Virus record (IMG/VR): IMGVR_UViG_3300023176_005537
Span: 32,001-96,000 of that record
DNA length: 64,000 bases
Origin: a virus
Strand: one strand, 5' to 3'
Position 1 is the stretch's first letter; the number at the start of each line of letters is the position of its first letter. A program made the position numbers and the translations under genes. Below, piece by piece: positions 16,761-25,294 of this stretch. The notes below the pieces were generated by a model that was given only the letters and a program-made list of their open reading frames with translations, did no database searches and had not been told where the DNA came from.

Positions 16761-17261
16761 ATGAAAATTACAAAGAAACTGCTGAAAAAGCTGATCTTGG
16801 AAGCAATGGAAGAAGAGGAGCGTGGATCTGGGGTCGTCGCAAAGCTTAAAGCAAAGCTTGGCGAAATCGCAAATCGTGAAAAGATTAAACCAGAAGATCG
16901 GGAGGACTTTATGGATGAAGCCTTGAAGACCGCAAGAATGATGAAGCCAGAAGCTCAAAAAGATCTTGAAGCGCTTCTTGATGCTGGCGCACTGGAGCAC
17001 TTCGCGGTGGATTGGAATACCCAGCCGCAGGGCCTTGTATATATGGTTGCTTATGCTCACGATCCCGTTGGCGAGGACTACTTCGAAGATATATTGTCAG
17101 CCGAGTATGATGACCCACTTAAGGCATTTGTTAGAGACACTGGAAATCCCGTCGCAGAGAAAATTTTAAACCTAGTCCTCCAACACATCTTGGATCGACA
17201 CGAACAAATAAGAAGAGAAGACGACGAGTATGAAGAAAGGTTGGCTCAGGGTCTCATTTAA
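16761..17261 (+). CDS. MKITK-tagged hypothetical protein
   Basis: MKITKKLLKKLILEAMEEE. Confidence 0.8.
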   Translation: MKITKKLLKKLILEAMEEEERGSGVVAKLKAKLGEIANREKIKPEDREDFMDEALKTARMMKPEAQKDLEALLDAGALEHFAVDWNTQPQGLVYMVAYAHDPVGEDYFEDILSAEYDDPLKAFVRDTGNPVAEKILNLVLQHILDRHEQIRREDDEYEERLAQGLI

Positions 17262-17274
17262 GGAAAATATATAA

Positions 17275-17490
17275 ATGAAAATTACAAAGAAAATTCTGAA
17301 AAGAATGATCTTGGAAGCACTTCAAGAAGAAGTTGTGGAGATGCCCCCATCTTATCTGCAAGCCAGAGAAGTTGAAGAGCCCACCCCACGGGAAGAGTCT
17401 CTGGAAGAAAAACTGGCAAGACTGGAAATGGAAAGGCCGGAAGATTATGCTCTGGTTATGAAAATTCTTATGAGTTTGAGCCCCAACTAG
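17275..17490 (+). CDS. MKITK-tagged small protein
   Basis: MKITKKILKRMILEALQEE. Confidence 0.75.
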   Translation: MKITKKILKRMILEALQEEVVEMPPSYLQAREVEEPTPREESLEEKLARLEMERPEDYALVMKILMSLSPN

Positions 17491-17585
17491 ATTGCCCTCA
17501 CTTTGTTCAAAAGTGAAAAACCCTTCAAAAAAAAATCCTCAAATTTGAACCTTTTTGATCTATTTATTGTAAGCAAAAAGGACAA

Positions 17586-17831
17586 ATGCAAATGAAAATC
17601 ACAAAAGATCAAATAACTCAAATTCTTTTTGAAGAGATCACAAAATCCGAAGTGAAAAAGATCTCTAAAAAAGAAGCAAAGAAAATCAAAAAAGAGATTG
17701 AAAAAAGCTTTGAAAAAAACCTTCGCTCCAAGATCTCAAAAGAAATCATTGAAGATGTTGTGAAGCAACTCCTCAAAAAGTTCCATCGTGAGCTTTCTGT
17801 TAATTATCCACAATTAATCAATCGTCTTTGA
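17586..17831 (+). CDS. MKITK-tagged small basic protein
   Basis: MKITKDQITQILFEE. Confidence 0.75.
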   Translation: MQMKITKDQITQILFEEITKSEVKKISKKEAKKIKKEIEKSFEKNLRSKISKEIIEDVVKQLLKKFHRELSVNYPQLINRL

Positions 17832-17857
17832 TTTATTAAGAAAGGTTTAGATTTAAT

Positions 17858-18820
17858 ATGTTTACTGCTTTTGAAATTGAAAAAAATGTTTTTTCAAACA
17901 TTATTATGGAAGAAATGATTTCTTCCCTTTCTTACTCTGATTCTTGTCGTGTTTTGCAAGAGCAACAAAAGGTTTTCACTCCTGATGTGATTGTTCAAAG
18001 TTTTTTTATTAATTTTCTTGAAGGCCAAGCCGTTAATGTTGATCCTAAAAGAGAAAAAATGAACGCTGCTTTTAAAGGTGTTTTTTCCACTCTTAAAACA
18101 GTTATGGGACAGCACAATGAAAAGGAGAAAGATCCTTTTGAGTTTGCTTTTAACGGAAAAATTGATAAATCCAATCCAGTAGATGACAACGAATATGTTG
18201 AAGCATTTATTTATTTTCTACTCTCGGAGAAGAAAAGCAAAATTGCAAATTGGTTTAAACAAAAAACTCCAAAGTCATACAATTCCGCGCTTCAAGCCTT
18301 CAAAGGTGGAAAAAAACAAGGAGGCGGAGCTTCTTCCAACATTAGCAAACTTTTAATCGATTTAGTAAAACAACTCACTGGTCTTCTTGAAAAAGGAAAT
18401 GAAAGAAACATTTTATTTTTCATAACTCAAAATTTAGAAAATAACAATCTAAAACAAGAAGAAAATAAAAATAAAATATTAACTCAACTTGTAAAAACTG
18501 GTAAAAGTTACAAAAACGACACAAAAGTGGTTCAAGCAATTGAAATCTTAATAGAAATTGTTAAAGGAGAAAAAGACGAAGAAGAGATTAGGAAAATGGC
18601 GGCAAAAACCATCAAACCAGAAGGAGAAGGAAAACCGAGGTTTCAACCTCTAAAACATCCAATATTTAATATTAATAAAAAAACACCAAGGTTTCAACCT
18701 CTAAAACATCCAATGTTTAATATTAATAAAAAAACCTTGTCTGAATCTAAAATCAGAATTTCCAAAAGAAAAGTAAACAAAATACTTTCCGAAGAAGTTG
18801 AAAAACTATTTAATATATAA
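17858..18820 (+). CDS. hypothetical protein with C-terminal tag copy and internal 17-aa duplication
   Basis: KIRISKRKVNKILSEE near the C-terminus; PRFQPLKHPxFNINKKT twice. Confidence 0.75.
   Translation: MFTAFEIEKNVFSNIIMEEMISSLSYSDSCRVLQEQQKVFTPDVIVQSFFINFLEGQAVNVDPKREKMNAAFKGVFSTLKTVMGQHNEKEKDPFEFAFNGKIDKSNPVDDNEYVEAFIYFLLSEKKSKIANWFKQKTPKSYNSALQAFKGGKKQGGGASSNISKLLIDLVKQLTGLLEKGNERNILFFITQNLENNNLKQEENKNKILTQLVKTGKSYKNDTKVVQAIEILIEIVKGEKDEEEIRKMAAKTIKPEGEGKPRFQPLKHPIFNINKKTPRFQPLKHPMFNINKKTLSESKIRISKRKVNKILSEEVEKLFNI
18635..18736 (+). repeat. 51-bp in-frame tandem duplication
   Basis: cc(g/a)aggtttcaacctctaaaacatccaat(a/g)tttaatattaataaaaaaac twice. Confidence 0.9.
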
Positions 18821-18838
18821 AACAAAAAGGAAATTAAC

Positions 18839-19783
18839 ATGAAAATCTCAAAAAACCAATTAGAACAACTTATTCTAGAAGAACTGCGAGAGCAGCTTCT
18901 AGAGCAAAGCCGACTTGAAAAGATGGCCGGTGCTCTCAAAAAAGGAGCAAAAAGCGTAGGCTCCGCTCTCAAAAAAGGAGCAAAAGCTGCTGGTCAAGAA
19001 CTTGGATTGTCAAACATTGACGTTCAAAAAGCAGCAAAAGATTTTAAAAAAATGATCCAAAGCTCCGGAGGCGATTACTTTAAGGCATTGTCTGATTTTA
19101 TTGGAAAATATGGTGATCCAAAAGACGACAAATTGCAAGGTCTCAGGGTGGAATTTGATAAACTAACTCAAAGAGGATCAGGTACAAAGGCAAAAAACCC
19201 AGTGGCTGCATCTAATCCTCTTAGATTTGGACTTGAGGAAGATTTCAAAAAAGGCAAAATGAGTTTCAATGATTTTCTAGATCTTAGAGGTGAATTGTTC
19301 TTCAAAGTATATAAAGATATTCCTTCGAAGGAAATGGAAAAAAACTTGGTAAAATTAAATGGCGTAATTGATAAATACTACAATGAAAATAGTACGTCAA
19401 TGGCAATCCCAAAAACTTCACAAGAAATTGAAGAAGAACCAAAAAAATCAGAAGAAGTCCCAACACAACTTCAAAGTTTGATAAGAACAACTTTCGAACA
19501 AGACGAATTAGAAGTAATTATGCCCAAAATCAGAAGAAAAGTTAAAACGCTTTCGATCGGTCAAAAGTTACAATTTTTCAACTGGATGGCCAACCAATTT
19601 GGTCTTTATGATGTAATCACAAAAAGACCCTCTGATATTTTAAAAATGGCAAAGAACGCAGTCGGTCTTAGGGAATACAAGATTTCCAACGAAGAGTTGA
19701 GCCATCTAATCCTAGAAGAAGCCATAATGGAAGTCTACTCCTTCTCTATGGGAGAGCGCTCAAGTAACCATTGGCAGCGATAA
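18839..19783 (+). CDS. MKITK-tagged hypothetical protein (tag at both ends)
   Basis: MKISKNQLEQLILEELREQLLEQ; C-terminal YKISNEELSHLILEE. Confidence 0.8.
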   Translation: MKISKNQLEQLILEELREQLLEQSRLEKMAGALKKGAKSVGSALKKGAKAAGQELGLSNIDVQKAAKDFKKMIQSSGGDYFKALSDFIGKYGDPKDDKLQGLRVEFDKLTQRGSGTKAKNPVAASNPLRFGLEEDFKKGKMSFNDFLDLRGELFFKVYKDIPSKEMEKNLVKLNGVIDKYYNENSTSMAIPKTSQEIEEEPKKSEEVPTQLQSLIRTTFEQDELEVIMPKIRRKVKTLSIGQKLQFFNWMANQFGLYDVITKRPSDILKMAKNAVGLREYKISNEELSHLILEEAIMEVYSFSMGERSSNHWQR

Positions 19784-19836
19784 TATAGACTTGGACTTAG
19801 AAAGTTATCTGAGAAACTACTACAGATAACGAAACC

Positions 19837-20607
19837 TCAAGGACACCACTCGGTTCTTTTAAAAGGGCATTTTGAACAAGAAGTCTTTTTCTTTGGATAA
19901 AATCCTTTATCAATAAAATGAACAGCTTTGCTCAAAGCTTCTTCCGCATTCTTCATCTTCCTATTGCCAGTTGTTATTCTTACAAATTCTACTTGGTCTT
20001 TCTTTGCAGTTCTTTTTAAGAGGGCAAAGAAGCATTCAATCATTTTTGGTTCGACTTTAAGCTTTTCAGCAATGAACTTTTTGTAAAAAACCAACTGATA
20101 GCCTGTGATCTTGTCAGATTTTCTTCTAGCATCCCATCCCCAAGAACATGTTTTCCAATCAATGATGTAATATTTACCAGTTTTTGGATTTTTTAAGATC
20201 AGATCCACAAATCCTTTGAACTTTAAGTTAGAACCTTCAATGTTTTCATAAAGATCCATCTCTGTTTGAACAACTTCGCAGCCTTCAAAGACTTTTTTAA
20301 GTTCTGGAATGCAAATTGGAGCTAATTTTTTGCCTTGTTCCATGAAAACATCCAAATCTTTTTCAACTTTTAGGTCTTCGTCAAGACTTTCCCACTCTTT
20401 TTGAAAGGATTGTGAGAAATTTTGAGCTTCTTCGCCAGTTTTCCACTCATTTAGAAGCGTTTTTTCACAAACTTCGTGGATTGCTGTTCCAAAAGCAGTG
20501 AAAATGTTGCCCGTGAAGCCTTTTTTTCCGTCAATGTATTCGATCTTGAAGCGATGAGGGCACTCATCCCAAATTTTGAACCCTGAAAATGAAATATGCT
20601 GAACCAT
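19837..20607 (-). CDS. PD-(D/E)XK nuclease, AddB/Cas4-like with 4-Cys cluster
   Basis: ISFS...CP, GTAIH, GFVDL, IIDWKT, QLVFY, CSKCP...C. Confidence 0.88.
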   Translation of the reverse strand: MVQHISFSGFKIWDECPHRFKIEYIDGKKGFTGNIFTAFGTAIHEVCEKTLLNEWKTGEEAQNFSQSFQKEWESLDEDLKVEKDLDVFMEQGKKLAPICIPELKKVFEGCEVVQTEMDLYENIEGSNLKFKGFVDLILKNPKTGKYYIIDWKTCSWGWDARRKSDKITGYQLVFYKKFIAEKLKVEPKMIECFFALLKRTAKKDQVEFVRITTGNRKMKNAEEALSKAVHFIDKGFYPKKKTSCSKCPFKRTEWCP

Positions 20608-20636
20608 TTTGGTCTCCTTTGTGTTTGTTGACCTCT

Positions 20637-20665
20637 ATTATACTAGTTATCGGTGTCAAAGTCAA
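20637..20665 (-). promoter_or_regulatory. sigma70 promoter TTGACT-N17-TATAAT for the nuclease
   Basis: Minus strand ttgact ttgacaccgataactag tataat. Confidence 0.75.
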
Positions 20666-20690
20666 CCTTTTTCTCGTGGGAGGATAAAAA

Positions 20691-21332
20691 ATGTCTGAAA
20701 AAATCTTCAACCTTACAAGAATCCGATGGAAATTGGAAAACATGATCCTTGATGACATTCCAAACTTTGAGATCGTGTCAAAAACAACTTCTTTTTTGAT
20801 GAAAGTTCTTTCTGTTATTCTTTTTTTCAACAAATCCTTTATGACTTCGTACATTTCTGTGATTTATCCCCGAATGTATGTTCCAAAATTGCCTTGGAAA
20901 GAAAACGATCATTATTCAGCCATTTTGGTGCTTGCTCACGAATGGGTCCATTTAAGCGATAGGAAGCGTTTTGGGCTCCTATTCGACATTGGATACCTTT
21001 TTCCACAATGCCTAGCCTTCTTGAGCCTCCTAGCCCCCTTCTTGAGTGTCTGGTGGCTTCTTTGTTTGCTGTTTCTGCTTCCGATACCTTCTCCGACCCG
21101 TGCTTGGTTGGAGTTTCGTGGTTATTCAATGACAATGGCTTGCAAATGGTGGTTGACTGGTAATGAAATTAACTATTATTGGATTGAAAGGCAATTTGTT
21201 GGTCAATGGTATTACTTTATGTGGCCTTTCAAAGGCATTGTTCGCAAAATGTTCGAAAAACAAATGGAAAAAATCAAAAACGACGACCTTTCGCCGGAAC
21301 AAAGAAAGGTTAAAGAAATCATCTTCTCTTAA
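20691..21332 (+). CDS. membrane zincin metallopeptidase-like protein
   Basis: AHEWVH, downstream E in AWLEFRGY, hydrophobic segment. Confidence 0.7.
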   Translation: MSEKIFNLTRIRWKLENMILDDIPNFEIVSKTTSFLMKVLSVILFFNKSFMTSYISVIYPRMYVPKLPWKENDHYSAILVLAHEWVHLSDRKRFGLLFDIGYLFPQCLAFLSLLAPFLSVWWLLCLLFLLPIPSPTRAWLEFRGYSMTMACKWWLTGNEINYYWIERQFVGQWYYFMWPFKGIVRKMFEKQMEKIKNDDLSPEQRKVKEIIFS

Positions 21333-21373
21333 ACTATTTATTTATGTGATACTATAACATAAAGGTAGTTTAC

Positions 21374-21676
21374 ATGTCAAATAATAAATCAAAAAACCAT
21401 TCAAAGTTTCTTTCTGCCTCGGTGGAGTCGGCAAAAGACATTCTAGGCTTAAAAAATCCTTGGGTTGTCAATGATTTTGAATCTGAAGCTGGAAACACGA
21501 ACATGAATGACGAAGAAATCTATTACATTGCTGTTTTTGTTGCTGATTTGAAAACTTTGAAAGAACAAAGAGCCGTTTTTGATATTATTCATCTAAAATG
21601 TGACGATGATACAGTTGCTCGCTTCAAAACTTTGTTTTCAAACGAAAATTTAAACAAAATTATGTTATCTTGCTAA
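21374..21676 (+). CDS. hypothetical protein
   Basis: 100-aa ORF after CTATTTAT. Confidence 0.65.
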   Translation: MSNNKSKNHSKFLSASVESAKDILGLKNPWVVNDFESEAGNTNMNDEEIYYIAVFVADLKTLKEQRAVFDIIHLKCDDDTVARFKTLFSNENLNKIMLSC

Positions 21677-21690
21677 AAAAGGGAAAATAA

Positions 21691-22716
21691 ATGTCTGATT
21701 TTATGGAAGAATGGAAGTTTTTCTTGGAAAACAAGAAAGATCCTTTGCCAAAGTCTCCTTTTCAAAAGAAAATGTTCAAAAATCATCCAAAAAAGAAGAA
21801 AGATCTTATTGGAAAGGGTGGAAACAAGTACAAGTCCAAACCTTATACCAAAAAGCCTTCAATGAAAAGGTCAAAGTCTGCTCCTCCTATTGGAGAAGCA
21901 AAGATTAAGGTTATTTTGAAAGAGTTTATCTCAATGTTTGATTATTCTTCTTTCAATGTTCGAGATTCTCTCAATCCAGCCTTTTGGGGTGAAAGGGATG
22001 TCCTTAAAGCAGAAGTTGCAAACAAATTGATTCAAATTGGAAGAGACTTTTTTGAAAATAATCTTAAATTTCCAAAAAATGTTGAATTGATCGATATCAA
22101 GTTCACAGGATCTTTGGCAAATTACAACTGGACTGATAATTCTGATATTGATCTTCATCTTGTGATTGACTTCAAGAAAACTGGGGCTGATCCCAAACTG
22201 ATTCGTGATTATGTTAATTCTAAAAAGAACCTTTGGAATGAACAACACGATATTATGATGAAAGGTCACGAAGTTGAAATTTATGTTGAAAATTTAAATG
22301 AAAAGCATTATTCAACCGGTGTTTATTCTCTTTTAAACAACGAGTGGATTGTGAAACCTTCTCCTGCAAAGCCGAACATTGACGACCAACAGATCATGGT
22401 CAAAATCAATGGCTTTCAGCAAAAGCTGGATCATTTAAAAGACCTTTTTGCAAAAGGACAATACAAGTCTTCTTTTATTTACGCAGAAAATTTAATGGAC
22501 AAGTTAAAAAATATGAGAACTGCTGGCCTTGTGAAGGGAGGCGAGTTTTCTGTTGAAAATCTAACTTACAAAGCACTTCGAAAAGTCGGAGTTATTGAAG
22601 AGATCTTTGATCTTAAACACGAAGCATACGACAAGATGATGTCTGTTGATGCATCTGGTAATACACCGGGAGAACACCCCGTAGATCAAGGAACTTTAGT
22701 TTATTCAAACCTATAA
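21691..22716 (+). CDS. Pol-beta superfamily nucleotidyltransferase
   Basis: TGSLANYNW...SDIDLH, VEIYVE; K-rich N-terminal extension. Confidence 0.8.
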   Translation: MSDFMEEWKFFLENKKDPLPKSPFQKKMFKNHPKKKKDLIGKGGNKYKSKPYTKKPSMKRSKSAPPIGEAKIKVILKEFISMFDYSSFNVRDSLNPAFWGERDVLKAEVANKLIQIGRDFFENNLKFPKNVELIDIKFTGSLANYNWTDNSDIDLHLVIDFKKTGADPKLIRDYVNSKKNLWNEQHDIMMKGHEVEIYVENLNEKHYSTGVYSLLNNEWIVKPSPAKPNIDDQQIMVKINGFQQKLDHLKDLFAKGQYKSSFIYAENLMDKLKNMRTAGLVKGGEFSVENLTYKALRKVGVIEEIFDLKHEAYDKMMSVDASGNTPGEHPVDQGTLVYSNL

Positions 22717-22725
22717 GGCCTTACT

Positions 22726-23034
22726 ATGTTTAATGAAAAACAAATCAAACTCTTTCTTTGGGCAACCATCATCTTTAATCTGATCGATACAGTTGTCTCA
22801 ATTTATGTTATCAAGTTTGGGCATTTAAAAGAATCAAATCCAATAATGGACTTCTTTTTGAAGTTTGATTCAATTATGCCCTTTGTTTTTGCAAAAATGT
22901 TCTTGATCTGTTCTGGATCTTATATTATCTGGAAAAGAAGAGATATGTTGATCGCTCAGTTGGGAGCTTATTTTGTTTTTGGATTTTATTGGGCTTTAAT
23001 TATTCAATTTTACTTTTTTTTAGTTTTAAAATAA
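22726..23034 (+). CDS. small membrane protein (DUF5658-like)
   Basis: NLID...ESNPIM...K motif, three TM segments. Confidence 0.65.
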   Translation: MFNEKQIKLFLWATIIFNLIDTVVSIYVIKFGHLKESNPIMDFFLKFDSIMPFVFAKMFLICSGSYIIWKRRDMLIAQLGAYFVFGFYWALIIQFYFFLVLK

Positions 23035-23047
23035 CTAATTAAGTTAA

Positions 23048-24145
23048 ATGAAAGGGAGTTTATATATGTCTACTTTTAGTTCATATGAAAAAGATAAAAA
23101 AATATTTGATAATTGGCGACAATTTGTAATTAGAGAACAAGCGGAGATTGACGAAGATTTGGAGCTTACCGAAGATGCGGCAAAAACTCTGCAAGAATTA
23201 CAGATTGGTGAAAAATACGCGGCGGTGGAAGGAATTGGAGATATAAAAAACGTTGGCGAATTGTTGTATTATTTAACCGCCAAAGGCGTTCTTAAACCTT
23301 CACAATGGGATAAAGTCAAACTCGATATAGCGAAAAAATTGGAAAGCCTTAGAGAGACGCGCTTTGGAAAGTTAGCTGACTTTCTTAGTAGTGGAATTGT
23401 GGCGGGTTTAGGCACAGCGGCTGTTGCCACTATTTTATCTGCAGCGGGGGTTGATGCGGAGACTATAGCCGCAGCATCAGTCCCCACCGGTGGCCTGTCT
23501 TTTATTGGGTTAGCTGTTCTTAATCAAGCTGGTGGTGGAGGTTTTGGTAAGATCACTGATTTCCTGTTTGATTCTGGTTTGAAGGTATTGGTAGGTGAGA
23601 ACAAAGAAGTGCTAGCTCAATTAATAGGCTGGCCAGATACCGGAAAAGGTAAAAGCGGAGAGGCTCCTTTGATTGGCCTGTTTGACTTGGATGATGATTA
23701 TCAAGCTCTTGCTAGGGTTTTCGAAAAGAAAGAGCCATCTGATTTCTCTGATTTGGAAAAGGAATCTTTGGAATTGTTTATAAAAAAGATTATCAAAGCT
23801 AGTATTAGCAATTTAGATACCACGATTGAAAAAATCTCTTCTGACCTGAACCATGATGAACAATTTAAAGATCTTATCAAAAAAAACTTAGGCATCGATG
23901 TAGACAAAACAGAGGCTGAAGATAGTCTTCATATGCAACCAAATAGAAAACCAAAAAGACCTATAGCCTCGGACGATTATTTTGGAACACCTAGGGCTAC
24001 AGCCCCGAGAAAGCAGAGGAAGACCTCATCGGACTCCAGATTCGATTGGGAGAAGTACTCCCCGAAAAGCAGAAGAAAACCTCGTGTTCGTGAGGCTCGA
24101 TTGAGAGAAAGTACTACTAGTACTTTAAAGATTAATAGGAATTAG
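23048..24145 (+). CDS. hypothetical protein with Gly/Ala-rich hydrophobic hairpin
   Basis: IFDNWRQFVIREQ N-terminus; central GIVAGLGTAAVATILSAAG; start may be 23066. Confidence 0.7.
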   Translation: MKGSLYMSTFSSYEKDKKIFDNWRQFVIREQAEIDEDLELTEDAAKTLQELQIGEKYAAVEGIGDIKNVGELLYYLTAKGVLKPSQWDKVKLDIAKKLESLRETRFGKLADFLSSGIVAGLGTAAVATILSAAGVDAETIAAASVPTGGLSFIGLAVLNQAGGGGFGKITDFLFDSGLKVLVGENKEVLAQLIGWPDTGKGKSGEAPLIGLFDLDDDYQALARVFEKKEPSDFSDLEKESLELFIKKIIKASISNLDTTIEKISSDLNHDEQFKDLIKKNLGIDVDKTEAEDSLHMQPNRKPKRPIASDDYFGTPRATAPRKQRKTSSDSRFDWEKYSPKSRRKPRVREARLRESTTSTLKINRN

Positions 24146-24152
24146 TTTTATA

Positions 24153-24839
24153 ATGCAAGAAATCAATAACAATACAGATCGAGATCTTTCTTCTCTTCAA
24201 AACATTTTAACTTCCTTTCTTCCTTATGCAAAAGAAAGATTGGGTTACGACAAGCCTTGCTGTGTCAACTTTGTTTCAGATATTGAAAACTCAAAAATGG
24301 ACTTTGGCAAAACTGCTTATTATGATCCCTCCAATATGGAAATTGTAATTTATGTGGATGGAAGACATCCAAAAGATATGCTTCGCTCTATCTCGCACGA
24401 ATTGGTTCATCATGCACAAAATTGTAGAGGAGACTTTGATTTTCAGTTTGAAACAAAGCCCGGATACGCCCAAAACAACCAAAAATTAAGAGAATTGGAA
24501 GCTGAAGCCTATTTACTAGGAAACGGATTTCTTGTAAGAGATTTCGAAGATTCAATCAAATTAGGAGACCAAGTTCTTATGGAATGGAAAAATAAAGAAA
24601 AGAAAAAACTTTTGAAAGAAGCCAAAACAGAAAAATATAATGACGCTCCGGAACTAGAGGGTAAACAGGCAACGGAATTGCCTGATCACCTTCAAAAAGC
24701 AATTATTGACAAAGATAAAGATGCCGGTGGCAAAAAAGATGAGAAAGAAGATGAGAAAGAAAATGTCAAAGAACATTACATCACTCGTTCTGAAATCGTT
24801 GGAAATGAATTAATGAAACGTTGGTTTTCTAAAAAATAA
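24153..24839 (+). CDS. zincin metallopeptidase-like protein
   Basis: TAYYDP, RHPKDMLRSISHELVHHAQ, ELEAEAY. Confidence 0.78.
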   Translation: MQEINNNTDRDLSSLQNILTSFLPYAKERLGYDKPCCVNFVSDIENSKMDFGKTAYYDPSNMEIVIYVDGRHPKDMLRSISHELVHHAQNCRGDFDFQFETKPGYAQNNQKLRELEAEAYLLGNGFLVRDFEDSIKLGDQVLMEWKNKEKKKLLKEAKTEKYNDAPELEGKQATELPDHLQKAIIDKDKDAGGKKDEKEDEKENVKEHYITRSEIVGNELMKRWFSKK

Positions 24840-24854
24840 AAAGGATTTGTAAAA

Positions 24855-25106
24855 ATGGGTAGAAAAAAGAAAAGACTTCGAATTTTGAAAAGGCAGCTTG
24901 ATGCTAAAAAAGCATTGGAAGCTCTTGAATTGGAAAAAGAACTTGCTTTGAAAGCTGAAGTTGAAAAGAGAGCGGCAGCAGAAGCCGAAGCGAAAAAGAA
25001 AGCAGAAGCCGAAGCAAAAAAGAAAGCAGAAGCTGAAGCAAAGAAAAAAACCGAAGCAAAACCCAAAAAAACCACCAAGAAAAAGGTAGTTAAAAAAGAT
25101 GACTGA
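24855..25106 (+). CDS. small basic low-complexity protein
   Basis: AEAEAKKK repeats (24-bp tandem units). Confidence 0.65.
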   Translation: MGRKKKRLRILKRQLDAKKALEALELEKELALKAEVEKRAAAEAEAKKKAEAEAKKKAEAEAKKKTEAKPKKTTKKKVVKKDD

Positions 25107-25290
25107 TCATCGCAAAATGACCCGCGAGTTTCTTGAAGGAAAAACAAAACAAGAGTATACCCTCTTGGAGCACCTTCAAGAGATCGAAAAACAAGTTGAG
25201 CAGCTACCTTCCGGATGGAAAAAAGAGCAAGTTAAAGAGCACATCAAGAGTGCTAAAAGAAAAGCAAGAATTTTAACCAAGGATAACTAA
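25099..25290 (+). CDS. hypothetical protein
   Basis: 63-aa ORF overlapping the upstream stop. Confidence 0.6.
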   Translation: MTDHRKMTREFLEGKTKQEYTLLEHLQEIEKQVEQLPSGWKKEQVKEHIKSAKRKARILTKDN

Positions 25291-25294
25291 CAAC

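Noticed and set aside
19837-20607. Cas4 of a CRISPR system
   Set aside because: Stand-alone AddB/Cas4-like nucleases are common in phages; no cas1/cas2 or array is nearby
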